A stretch of DNA of 64,000 bases from Malacoraja senta (Eukaryota): the NCBI GenBank assembly GCA_038087875.1, contig CM075994.1, positions 11,224,001 to 11,288,000 on the forward strand. Direction: 5' to 3'. Below the pieces are notes generated by a model. It ran no database searches, had not been told where the DNA came from, and saw only the letters and a program-made list of their open reading frames with translations. How positions within the stretch are numbered: the first letter of the stretch is position 1; each line of letters begins with the position of its first letter. A program made the position numbers and the translations under genes. This document shows, one piece after another, positions 35,573 through 47,819 of the stretch.

Positions 35573-38169
35573 GTAGGTGAGCCAGAGAATGGTTTTACAG
35601 ATGTTCGTTGATGTGATTGACAGACGATATTGAACATCATGGCAAACATATCTGAAAACATTACAGATTTCTATGAAATTATTATTGCAAACAAAGTGCT
35701 GTCAAAAACAAAGTATCGTGCTGATCTCACTTGTGTACTGGATCTAAAAATCATCTGGAAAAATGATTGAATTTCTCTGACCGTAAAATTATATATAAAC
35801 GTTTTATAAGTAATATAATATTCTATATATTTTATATTAGTCAAGCCCACTGGACACAACAAGCCCTCCTTCTCCACCTCATACACAGTCCACCTGAACA
35901 ATGGCCGATTCAACGCATCCAAAGAGGGGTCTGCATATAAACGCGATGTTTCAAGCTCTTTATATTTTCATTCCATGCAGTTGATTTTGCATAGCTTCAT
36001 TATACGAAGAACAAGTAAACGTACGGCGGCTTGCTGCTGAGCATTATCGATCATAACTGATTTTAACTTTAGACTTCACGGCCGAAATTTAAAAAAAAAC
36101 GGTTTGATGGATGCTGTTCTCTGTATTCTGTAACTCTCGCTAAAGAATGTCAGTCATGTGTGCGAGTCCGTGCGCATGTTATGATCGCAGGTGCCTCATC
36201 TGTCTGATAACTTACCGCGAAATAAAACATGCAAGTCGAGGGATGCTGTCGGTGAGTTTCCATAAAACACACGTCTTTTTATTTCCATTGTGAATGCTCA
36301 GCTAAATTAGCTCACGGTTTACTAAGGCTGAGCAACGTGGTTTCTTTTAAAGCATTGTAACATTTAAATACAAGTTGCACAAAGTGAAACTGTCTAATGG
36401 TCCTGATGTGACCTAGATTTGACAGCAGGAAAAATAAAATTCGCCGTTGCATTTCAGGAAGATTTAATTTTATATTCAGCAGACATTCAGAAGAAAGGTA
36501 AAACACTTATTGCTTTTAGACACAAAATGCTGGAGTAACTCAGCGGGACAGGCAGCATCTCTGGAGAGAAGGAATGGGTGACGTTTTGGGTCACCTGTTG
36601 CTTTTAGACTGTTTTGCCAGATTTAATCGCTAATATTTTTGTTCTTATCGCCGGTGATTAAAGTGTTGAGGATCCATCTGCAAACTGCGATGGGTTGTGT
36701 AGCGGAGATTATGGCATGCTCCAAGTTTAGTAGTTTGGGTCGAGACTACGCCTAATCACTTCCAAGAGCACGCTCTCTCTTTAGTTATGATGTTGCTTAT
36801 CACCAAAAGTGTATTAGATGCGGTACCTAGACATTATTGAGCTGAGATGTCGTATGTTCGCATTTAACCCATCAGACCTACAGCAGTCACAGCTCGAGAA
36901 ATTGCATCGTGTTGCTTCTTTAAATGGTTACATATTTGCAAGTGTTCGAGATTATCAAACCGGAATTCAACCTCTTCCTGGAGCCCTTCAACACGTATTG
37001 TCACACGGCCAACAGGGTTATTCCGGGGTTGCGCACGCATACTTCTAGCGCATGGGTCTTACATTTATGTTTCCCAATGAATTCGTCTTGTAGGATAGAC
37101 AACGATCCCACGCATTTAGCGGTTTGCAAACTGCACATTTTTAGCAGGAAAATGCCAACCTGTCAGTCAGTAGAGCGGGTCGGGATGTACTTGTGTTGAA
37201 AGCCGATCATGACGGTTGAAGCAGTGAACTTATCGACAGGTTGTGCCTCTGCCGTTGAGTTGTGTTGCCCGGTTTTTCTTGGCTCTGGAGCAACGGTCTA
37301 CCATCTGTGATTGACTGAATTTCAAAGCGCCAAGACACCACCGAGGGGAGCTGGCGGACTGATGCCGGCCTTTCTGTCGTTCACCACCGTATCGGAAGCA
37401 CACGTGTGTTTAGAATTGGAACTGCGTTTAGTGAGTATGAGCACAATTTGTGTCCGCAACCAATTTAATGCCGTGACGGCAGATAACAAAAGGTAGCGTG
37501 ACAAAATTATTTGAATATGGTCCTGGTCGACGTGGCGGTAGTAATTAAAGCAAGTGATTGCCCTTCCATTTCTCAGTAAGTTTGAATTCTTTGGAAGATG
37601 CTTCAGATGTTTAAATTAAATCGGTTGTTTTAATGCTGAAGTGTTTCATTATTTAGTGTGTTAAATCTATTCCAATATTTTCTAGCTTGCCTTGAGCCAT
37701 TGGAGATGTTTCACAAATGAAACTGGCGATAAATTTTAAGTATCAAAGGTTATCTGGCTTTTCGAAAGTCTGGACCTCGGTCCATGATATGTGTGCCGAA
37801 TTCATGTGTGAATCGCATCCGCCGCACAGCCTCTGTAGCGGATATCAGACGTCAGCCTGCTTGGTCAGCCATATCGGAAATTAATGTGTGTACGTGGACT
37901 CTAAGGGGAGAGAAATGGACAGCAGGTTGCCATGAAAATGTTAATGATTGCCCCCTGCTAATTTATTACAGTAGAGGCACAGAATGAGGAATGTGAGAAG
38001 TGTGTATGCAGAGGGGGGCAACAATGTACATGCTGCTGTGAGCTCTAAATGTCACATTTGCAGATAAGCTGCGAAAATTAAATCTGTGTGATTATCAGTG
38101 GGGAGGCGCGGTTTCCACGAGATAAACTAAGGTAACATGAGTGCCAAACACGTGACAAATCAAATCTGA

Positions 38170-38720
38170 AATTAATAAGCATCTCTAAACATCCTTGGCC
38201 GACGGGTATCCAGCTGCAAATGGGCTTTGGACTTCAGGCCAGGCAGGCTCCTATCACGTGGAATTGGTTTTACCGTCTCCACAAGGATAGCCCACAATAC
38301 TGCTACTGCTCGGAGCTGTGTGCTCAGTCCATGCTCTACTCCAAATACACCCATGTGTGTTTGACCACGTACAACGGTAACTCGGTGTTTATGTATGCCG
38401 ATGATGCCACTGTTGACGGGCACTTCGACAAGAATGATGAGACGAAATAGAGGAAGGAAATCCGGTACATAGTGTCATTAAGTCAGGACACTATCTAGCC
38501 GTTAACATCTCGGCGACACAGTTGCGTGTGAACTAAAGGAAGCGGAGAGGACAAACACCGCCCCATCTCATCTCTATATGTGATCAATATTTCGTGTTAT
38601 GTGGCATTAATATCACCAACACAATAGCTGGTCCCTTCACGGAGATGCGATAACAACAAAGCGCAACAGTGTGTTCACTTTATGAGAAGTCTGAGAATTA
38701 AAAGGGGTCCAACCGTAAAC
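38170..38720 (+). mobile_element. Old Rex1/Babar-like RT relic in the GPCR intron
   Basis: LCAQSMLYSKYTHVC..FMYADDATVDG resembles GCVLSPLLYSLYTHDC..KFADDTTVVG. Confidence 0.6.
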
Positions 38721-38856
38721 CTGTGTAATATAGTTTGCTATTCCAAAGTGTTATAGGCAAGAAAAACTCGTACACGCATGACAAATTGAAGCAAATGAAT
38801 ATATATTTCGCGGGTTATTGCTCGTTCGTAATTCAATTTTCTTCTTTTGGTTGCAG

Positions 38857-39803
38857 CAAATTTGGTGGCAATCCTTATCCTGTCGTCTGGAAAGTGCGGC
38901 CTCACTGGATGTGTCATCCAGTATCTGAAATCAATGGCGGTAGCTGATCTAATGGTACTGGTTTCCAATGTAATACTCTATGAGATTAAAGAGGCATATT
39001 TTCCGCATTCATTCCTCAATTACACGCCCATTTGCCGTTTTGTTATTACACTGAGTTATATTTCGCTCGATTGTTCCGTCTGGCTGACTGTCACTTTTAC
39101 ATTCGATCGATTTGTTGCTATATGTTGCCAGTCGTTGCGTTCAAAATATTGTACCATGCAGACGGCATTGAAAGTAATAACAGCGGTGTTTATGTTGAGT
39201 ATTTTAGAAAATATTCCACTCTACTTTATATTTGAACCACGCAAAGTAATTAATGATGTACCATGGTCCTGTTATGTAAAATCAAGTTTCTACACATTAC
39301 CCACCTGGGTCGTGTATTTATGGTTTGCAACACTCTTAACCCCATTTGCGCCATTTGTGTTGATTCTTCTGCTTAATACCTTGACCATAAAGCATATTAT
39401 CATGGCCAACAGAGTCAGGAGCAAGCTCCGAGGGAGTAATAGAGAGGCGTGTCAGACTGATCAAGAGACTGAGAACAGAAGGAAATCGATCATTTTACTC
39501 GTTGCAATATCTGGCAACTTTATTTTCTTATGGATGGTAAACCTTGTGTTCTTCATCTGTGTACAGTTTACAGATTTTCAATTTATGGAAACAGATTACA
39601 TCGACTCGTTCACCATTGTGGAAAGAAGTGGCTTTATGCTGAGGTGTATGAGTACTTGCACAAACACTTTCATTTATGCAGTTTCTCAGAGACACTTCAG
39701 AGAGGAACTGAAGAATGTAATTTCACGTCCCTTCCTTGCCATTGCTAATATATTCAAACGTTTGAACACAAAACTAACTTTATCCAAATATGTAATCAAG
39801 TGA
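38857..39803 (+). CDS. GPR139/GPR142-like class A GPCR, coding exon 2 (spliced protein 338 aa, intact)
   Basis: Acceptor ttttcttcttttggttgcag| with matching phase (G+CA=Ala). Motifs NLVAILIL, MAVADL, DCSVWLTVTFTFDRFVAIC, ENRRKSIILL, STCTNTFIY; seven hydrophobic segments. Confidence 0.92.
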
Positions 39804-40069
39804 TAATTTGCGACGCACACATATATATCTGTAACATGTAATAGGATTTGTCGTGGTATCCCTTTCCACAATTTCTTGGGATTTTGTCTCCCTATTTAGT
39901 TACCATGAACCAATACTAAACCAAAGTGATATTTTTGAAATATAATGTACGGTCATTGAAATAGTATATTTGTTTACATTTACTCATCCCATTTATGACG
40001 ACAACTTAGTTTGAAGTCCATTGTCTGTCATCAGTAACAGAAAATCGTTCAAGTCAGTATAATATGGTT

Positions 40070-40464
40070 TATTATAAACCGGGCGGAATTAAAGATAGAC
40101 GGAATTTAAAAATAACGTTTTGTGGCCTGACGGACGCCAAGGGTAACTGAAAATGTAAATGATGTTCCTTCCCACTGAGCTGATGTAAACTTTTAACAAC
40201 GATATCATCCAACCTTAAACACAGTTCCTCTTCTTTTTGCCTTTCAATTCTGCACGTGCCTCTTAGAATTTCATATAACTGTATCAGTTCGTCCCTGTTT
40301 TCCCATTTCTCGGCAACCCTTGCCGCAATGCATTTGCCTTCTTTACCCACAAGTATTTGCTTTCGCAAAATTTCTCACTTCTCACATCTTGGGATAAAAT
40401 TCACGTGCAATGTTCCGTCAAGCTTTCTATCTGTTCGATATTCAGCTGCAGGCTCAGTTAATTT
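40070..40464 (-). mobile_element. Old Penelope relic, probably continuing after the L1 at about 46551-46720
   Basis: KEHHLHFQL..SVRPQNVIFKF resembles the Penelope C-terminal EEQHLIFRLG.LQP motif. Confidence 0.45.
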
Positions 40465-40668
40465 TCCTCGCGGTCGACTTCCGGTGGCGCCATGTTGGAC
40501 TAACAGACGTGCACCTAGCTCCTCTCCCGAAAAATTTCACGATTTATCGTGTAAAACGGGTCCAAAAATCGGGATTGTTTTTAAAAACCTTACCGGAGCT
40601 TCTGGTCGCCGCGCTGATGACGTCATCACTAAGCGCGATGTTTTAAACGGTGGTTTGAAGCCCTTTAA

Positions 40669-41817
40669 ATGAGAAAACTGTCTCCAGCTGTGAGCCCTCA
40701 GAGAACAGTGAAAAAGCTGCTGAAAGACCAGAAGAAATCTGAAGCAGAAGTTACCTCTGAAGTCTCTGAAGTCTCTGAAGTGGCTGCAGAAATGGATACA
40801 AGATCTAAGAAAGAGTTTGATGACTTGAAGAAATCAGTGAAAAATATGAAAGATGAGATTTTGGATGAAAATAAAATTATGATGGAAAATATGAAGGAAA
40901 ATATGAAGGAAGATAAAAAGGAAATGAAAGAAAATATGAAGGAAGATAAGAAGGAAATGAAGGAAAATATGGCAAAAATGATGGAAGGAATGGAGAAGAT
41001 GATGAGGGAATTAAATGCTGGTAACCAGAAGAATATGATTGATTCACTGGACATTATGAATAAACGAATTGATGAGGTGAAAGATGGACTATCAGAGAGA
41101 ATGGACAAGATGGATCAAACTAATACGGATAAGTTCACGGCTGTGCTTGAAACAGTAGCTGCAAGTATGCGCACAATTACGGAATTGGAGAAAAACACGG
41201 CTCGAATGGTTAAAGACATGGCGAAAATGAGGCAAGAACATGAGCAAATGAGGCGAGAAAACGAACAAACTTCACTACAGATGGTGACTCAACTGGAGAA
41301 AGTCTCAATCAAATGCCTGGACCTGGAAGCTCGCTCTAGACGCCAGAATTTGAGAATTCTTGGAGTTTCAGAGTGAGCCGAAGGGGAGGATGTACGTGAG
41401 TTTGCCATGGGCTTGCTTAAACAACTGCTGAATCTTTCCAAAGAACCGAAAATCGAAGTGGCTCATCGTGTCCCAAGATTTAAACAAAGATCTGGTGCGG
41501 GAAAAACTTATCCACGACATATTATTGTGAAATTTCGGGACATTTTAGAACTGGAAGATGTTATGAGTAAAATCAAATACGGTGTGCAACTGCGGCTGGA
41601 CAATGATACTATTAAGATATTCAGGGACTACCCGTATGAAATTGTGCAAAAAAGAAACAAATTTGAGAAGGTTAAAGATCTTTTAAGAGGGAGAGAAGGG
41701 ATCAGATTTTGGATTTTTTATCCCGCGAAAATGCGTATTTCCTTTAAGGGTCTTGAAAAGTCATTTGTTAAGCCTGAAGAAGCGTTTAAATATGCTCAAA
41801 CTATCGTTGAAAAATAG
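40669..41817 (+). pseudogene. L1 ORF1p (coiled coil, RRM, CTD) with an in-frame stop at 41374-41376
   Basis: DLEARSRRQNLRILGVSE*, IEVAHRV, PRHIIVKF, IFRDY, YPAKMRI. Confidence 0.9.
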
Positions 41818-42635
41818 AAAGGAAAGGGAGATCTGAACCATTTTAAGCAATGCTTTGTCTGGGGATAGTTACACTGTTATCTTCGGAATGTTGAATCAAG
41901 GACACTTTTTGTTCAAAACGAGTAAACAACTGAACAGATGGCAATGGTATATACCAGAAAGCATATAATTGCTTATTAGATTATAATATTATAACCAATT
42001 GTAAGAACTTATCCTATTAACAACTTAATAAGTTATGCTTGTTAGATTAGAATACTAATAAAAACAAAAATAAAAAATAACGAACTAACATACTAATATG
42101 AATTTTTAATAAACTGAAACCTTATCTATAAGTGGGAGGAGGGGATGAGAAACGAGCAACTGGCTTAGGTCCAGGGGCACGTCTCGTTAACCCCTTCAAC
42201 CATCAGTTGATTCTTATTGAAGTCAAAAATATTGGTTTAATAATTAAACTCCGATATATATATATGTTACAATGAAACATACAGGGTAAAAGTGTATTAT
42301 ATATCTGAATGTGAGGCCCCGTTTTAATATTATAATATGTTATGATTAACCAAGAGAGCGGAGCTATTTGTGTAACAACGCAATGGAAGTCAAAATAAGG
42401 TTTTTTCCCACCTACAGGTGGGACACTCGCTACAGTGCCGACTATATCAGACACTGTATCTTCACTTTTTTAGTTTTTTTTTTAGCACATGAAATCACTT
42501 GTTTGTGTTTTGTGTTTAGTGATAAGCGTAAAATGGACATAACAGCAAAACTTAAAAACTCAAAAGCTCCCCCAATACCTAAAGACCTGGGATTTGGATG
42601 CACCACAAGATTTAAAGGTACTATAATTATTCAAA

Positions 42636-45600
42636 ATGCATGACACCACACAAAAGAACCTAGGAAGAATCTCATTTTGTAGTTGGAATATAAGAGGTAT
42701 TAACGAACCTATTAAAAGGGGTACAATACTAGCTCAGCTGAAATTGTACAACTCCGACATTATCTTCCTACAAGAAACACACCTAAAATCTCAGGATCAA
42801 GTTAGGTTGAGGGCGAAATGGATAGGTCAAACATACCATTCTTCATTTACTTCAAAGTCTAGAGGCACATCAATCATCATAAGAAAAGGTATACCATTTA
42901 AAGCAAAGAATATTATAACAGATATAGAAGGGAGATACCTAAAAGTTAATGGAGAAATCCATGATACTCCACTTACTTTGGTAAATATATATGCCCCTAA
43001 CTTTGATAACCCCCACTTTTTCAATAAAATTTTCAACATAATTGCAGAGTCAAACTATCAAAATGTTATAATAGGAGGAGACTTTAACTGTGTTTTAGAT
43101 CCGTACTTAGATAAATCAAGTCAAAAACAGAGAGGGAATATGAAATCGAAAACTGGGGAACTTCTCAATACCTATATAAACAACACTAATATAGCAGATG
43201 TTTGGAGAATTGTTAATCCAACTGGCAGGGAATACTCGTTTTATTCAATGGTACATAAGACATACTCACGTATAGACTACTTTCTGCTGGATACAAAATT
43301 AATCCCCCAAACATCTAATGCAATATACCACACAAACTCGATTTCAGACCATTCTCCACTAACTTTCTTTTTAAAACTGGAAGGATTGTCTAAGAATAAA
43401 ACGTTTTGGAGATTTAATTCTCAAATTCTAAAAGATCCACAAGCGAGTATATATTTAAAAGAACAAATGGAGGTCTTTTTTCAAATAAATGATACTCCAG
43501 ATATATCGCCTACTGTATTATGGGAATCTTTTAAAGCATACATTAGGGGTATTATAATTTCATATCAAGTTTTTCAAAATAAAAAGAATAAGAATGAACA
43601 AAGACAGTTAGAAGAACTTATTAGACAAATGGATATAGATAATGCTAAAGATCCATCAATAGATAAACATAATAAAATAATAATTTTGAAATTTAAATTA
43701 AATAAATTATTATCTGCCAAACTTATAAGACTTTTTCAAATTACAAAACAAGAGCACTTTGAATTTGGGGATAAACCGCATAAACTTTTGGCTCGCCAGC
43801 TAAAAAAACGAGAAAAGGAACATACTATACCAAAGATCAAATCAGATAAAGGGGAATTATTAACAACACCAAAGGATATTAATAATAGATTTGCGCAATT
43901 TTATGAGAATTTCTATACATCTAAAACGACAATTGATTCCAATAATATCACAAAGTTCTTGGATACCTGTAATCTTCCAAAGTTAGAACTGAAGGAACAA
44001 GAGGAACTGGGTGCACAAATCTCAAGATTAAGTAAATACATTAGTAAATTAATAAACCCAGATCAGACGAGGTTTATCCCTAAGAGATACTCGTCTAACA
44101 ATATGAGACGTCTACTCAACATAATGCACTCACACAAATCTGAAGATGAAGAATTATCAATTATTTCGCTGGATGCTGAAAAAGCATTTGATCAAGTAGA
44201 ATGGAATTATATGGACAAAGTATTACAAAAATTTCAACTGGGGGTGAATTTTATTCTATGGATCAAGTTACTATATAACAAACCTACAGCTAGAATACTA
44301 ACTAATATCATATTATCCTCGAAATTCCAACTATCAAGGGGAAATAGACAAGGATGCTCATTATCACCACAGCTGTTTGCTCTCATTATTGAACCGCTAG
44401 CAGAAAAAAATAGAATACACCCTGATATCCATGGATATAATACTAAAGATTCATATAATAAAATATCTTTATACGCGGATGATATATTACTGTACATTAC
44501 AAAACCTCAAATCACTATACCAAATATATTAAATTTAATTGAAGATTTTGGATCTTTTTCTGGATATAGAATAAATTGGAATAAAAGTGACATTATGTCA
44601 ATAAAACCGAAAGATTCAACACATCTTTTAAAATTCCCTTTTAAAATAGCTACAGAAAAATTTAAATATTTGGGAATCGAAATTACCAGATCATATCAAG
44701 GTATGTTTAGGGCAAATTTTGACCCCTTACTTAATAAATTAAACACACTAATTAAATTCTGGAAAACGCTCCCGATGTCTTTAATAGGCCGAATAAACGC
44801 AATAAAAATGATCTTTTTACCACAAATTTTATACCTATTTCAATCAATTCCTATATACTTACCAAAGAAGTTTTTTAAAAAACTCGACTCAGATATCACT
44901 AATTTTATATGGGACTATAAATCACATAGAATACAAAAAACTCATCTGAATAAACCTAAAATATTAGGGGGTTTAGCACTACCTAATTTTATGTATTATT
45001 ATTGGTCAGTAAATATTAAAAATATGATTCAACTGATGGATAACTCGGCCCAGCAAGCGGACTGGATTGTAATGGAGAAAGAGGATTGCTCCTCTAGAAA
45101 CATTGGAGCGATCCTCCTCTCTCCAATGAAATTGAATAACATAAATTATAATAAGAACCCAAATATTCATAGTACAATCCGAATTTGGAAACAAATAAAA
45201 CAAAATTTAAAATTAAGAAATTTATCACTTTTATTACCTATAGTCAATAACCCTTCGTTTAATCCTTCTATTATAGATAAAGCTTATACACAATGGGATA
45301 GATTAGGAATTAAAACGCTTGGTGACTTGTATGAAACTGGAAAATTACTTTCATTTCAACAATTACAAATAAAATATAAACTCGGAAATAATCAATATTT
45401 TAAATATTTTCAAATATGCGACTATTTGAAAAAATATACAAAAGATCATCATAATAACCCAGCAGATGTACTGGATGAGGCAATGCAGATATAAGCGGAA
45501 TCAGCAAACTTAATATCATATTTGTATAATATTATCTTAAATGCACAAATACCATCTACGGAGGGTATCAGAAGAGACTGGGAACAAGAGTTAGCTATTA

Positions 45601-46142
45601 AAATTTCAAAGGAAAGATGGAATGAATACTTATTACACGTGCATAAATGCTCGATTAATGTAAGACACACTTTAATACAATTTAAAATTTTACATAGATT
45701 ATATAATTCGAAAACTAAAGTTCATAAAATTTTCCCAAATGTATCATCTATTTGTGATAAATGTCAATCCCAAGAAGCTACCATAACGCACTCATTCGTT
45801 TCTTGTACAAAAATTCAAAAATTTTGGAATGACATTTTTGAAATCTTTACAATGTTATTTAAAACAAGACTGATACCCAAAGCAGAATGGATTATCTTCG
45901 GTATACCGGAAGATGGTGCAGAACTAAATGTGTTTCAAAAGAAACTAATGGACTATGGGTTAATAACTGGAAAAAAGCTAATTCTAAAATTTTGGAAGAA
46001 GGCTCCAATACCAACTATAAATATGTGGATTTCAAATATGTTTGAAACATTACACCTAGAAGAGATAAGACTCCTCCTAGAAGGTAAACCAGATCACTTC
46101 CACCTGACGTGGTCTGCATTTATAGAATTATTACAAACATAG
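42636..46142 (+). pseudogene. L1 ORF2p (APE, RT, Cys-rich region) with an in-frame internal deletion and a stop at 45492-45494
   Basis: SWNIRG, LQETH, GGDFN, SRIDY, SDH; SLDAEKAFD, RQGCSLSP, YADD; CDKC..HSFVSC. Confidence 0.92.
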
Positions 46143-47819
46143 GGTGCAAAAGTACTTAAAAAAAAATTGAGGTCAGGTAAGGGGGGATGATAGTTGAAGA
46201 GTTGGTATGTCCCATTTACGTAATGCTCATAAAAATATTTGTTTCTCTCTTTTTCCTCTTTCTCTCTTTCTTTCTTTCCTAGGGTCTATTTCTTAACTCT
46301 TTTTCTTTTGTTTTTAATTTTGCTCTTATAGGGTCTTCGTCCTTTTTTGTTGTCACATTTCCTACACTTTCACTTTTTCCTTCACTTTCTTCTTTCTTTC
46401 CATCTTTTCCTTTTCTAGTGTAAAAAATAAATGGAGTACATTAGTTGTAAGAAGATATAAATGACAAGTACTAATTTTATGTGGTTGTAATATAATGTAC
46501 TTCTAATAAAATACAAATTTAAAAAAAAAAAAAAAAAAATCCTCGCGGTCCACAACATCCATGTTTTTCCTGTCATCCTCAAACTCGCTAATCATATATC
46601 CAACATACGCACCGAATTAGCAATTTTATGAAAAAAAGCAAAGATCCATCACCGATCTAAACTCCACCGGTGGCCGCATATTTTCTAAGGAGATAATAAA
46701 TCTTCAACCACCACCCCGGGGCCTTATCACAAAAATGACAACATTGCATTGATCTCCCTGTGAATTAGACTACTGGCCTGCTCTACATTGTGAGATCTTG
46801 ACAAATGCCTGAATAAAATTCATTTAGGCATTGTTCACTGCCTTCATCCATATTATTAAATGCCGTAATATTTGTGAAGTGTTCCCACGCACAATTACAT
46901 GCTGACTATACCCGATGAGACATTGCTTCAGATTTAACGCTCCTTGGATCATAAGACTTTCAGAAATTGGAGCACAATTAAGTTATTCGACCCGTCGACT
47001 CTGCCAGTCGATCATGGCGAATTGTCTTTCCTTCTCAACCGCAATCTCCTTCATTCTCTCGGTAGCTTTGGACGTCCTTGCTGATCAAGGGCATTTGTAT
47101 CGGTTATCGGTTTATAAAGTACCATATGTTCTGACCTCTACAGCCGTTTGTGGCAAAGACTTTCAAATATGCACCGCGTTCTGGCTAAACAATCTCCTCT
47201 TTTGACCACTATAATCCTTATTCATTCAATGACTTCTAAGTGCACTCCATACCTTGATATGATCCATAATAGGTAAATAAACTTTTGTTACCCTGCTACA
47301 ACATCATTAAATGTTTGCACAGTTGCCGCAAAGGAAAGTGCAAATTACTGGGATGGAATAATAGAAAAACGTGGAAGCTAAAACCTTTTATATTTCTCCA
47401 CCGGAACGTTGACTGTTGCTCGTCCCACAGATAATGGTTCTCCAGCATTTACTGTTTCCAGTTCAGATCAGCACATTTGTTACTTGATCTTCACCTTACT
47501 ATCTGAATGAAGGTGGCAATTGAATAGTTTAACAACCTGCGACTCCTAAACTAGTATGAAGCAAAGAATAGGTTGTGTAAACAGGCCCGTACGAAGCTTT
47601 ACAAAATGGGGGGTGGCATGACAGGATTACAAAAAAATTAATGTAAAATAATGTGCGCGCTGCGCACATGACGAGCGCGAAGCGTGAAGTCCCTCGATGC
47701 CAGGGTCCAGGGCCCGCTTAAGGGCCCATGAAGCTCAGGGGTTTTTGATGCTCTCTGATGCATCCTGAGCCTTATTTTGGAGCTTTTTGCAGCAAATCTA
47801 TGACCAATATTTCAGAAAT

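Larger units (their letters stand above)
40476..46539 (+). mobile_element. Full-length L1-clade LINE, defective
   Basis: 11-bp TSD tcctcgcggtc (40465-40475 and 46540-46550). Starts GACTTCCGGTGGCGCCATG; AATAAA plus A19 tail; two ORFs. Confidence 0.95.

Noticed and set aside
36818..37990. Short ORFs in the GPCR intron as extra exons
   Set aside because: Exons 1 and 2 already join in phase into a complete 7TM protein, and these ORFs have no recognisable motifs.
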